NCBI RefSeq assembly: GCF_001194135.2
Contig: NC_068993.1
Location: forward strand, 10,731,947 to 10,795,946
Origin: Octopus bimaculoides
Lineage: Eukaryota
Length of the DNA stretch: 64,000 nt
Direction of reading: 5' to 3'
Under the pieces are notes generated by a model. That model saw only the letters and a program-made list of their open reading frames with translations. It did not search any database and had not been told where the DNA came from. This document shows, piece after piece, positions 63,746-64,000 of the stretch. Within the stretch, counting starts at the first letter, position 1. Each line of letters starts with the position of its first letter. The translations under genes were made by a program, and so were the position numbers.

Positions 63746-63963
63746 TGTCGACCGTACTGGTATTTGTTGGTAAACACACGTAACTAAATAACGTAAGGTA
63801 TTTTGTTCGACGCACTACCATTTCTACAAATCCACAGCCAGTTAACGATTAAGGCACATATTTTACTGCATATAAATCATAATAAACGCGTACATCAGAG
63901 AAAGTATTATGTTAAACATGTTAAGTGCGCAAATGGAAATAGATTTTACACCGACTGGGGTGC

Positions 63964-64000
<37 letters not shown>

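Overview
Eukaryotic, AT-rich, repeat-dense draft-assembly scaffold with 17 N-gaps. The SINE types, RTE-like tails and TTAGGG repeats suggest a mollusc, probably an octopus/cephalopod (inference from recalled repeat families, not a search). No protein-coding gene could be named. Most of the ORF track is microsatellite or N translation. Recognisable content: three SINE or retro-tail families in many copies, several MITEs (piggyBac-, pogo/Tigger-, Merlin- and hAT-like), and decayed TE coding fragments (Penelope GIY-YIG endonuclease at 43.4-43.8 kb, mariner C-terminus at 39.9 kb, HERO/RLE-LINE C-terminus at 58.0 kb). The best find is a minimal type I hammerhead-ribozyme motif. It can be reconstructed from three decayed copies: an inverted pair forming a ~200-nt foldback just downstream of the Penelope endonuclease, and a solo copy at 23.2 kb. 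CpG content appears to shift near 45.5 kb, from depleted on the left (probably a methylated gene body) to retained on the right. Promoter or first-exon signatures lie at ~45.7 kb (minus strand) and ~63.7 kb (plus strand). Repeat boundaries are approximate unless a TSD or TIR is quoted.
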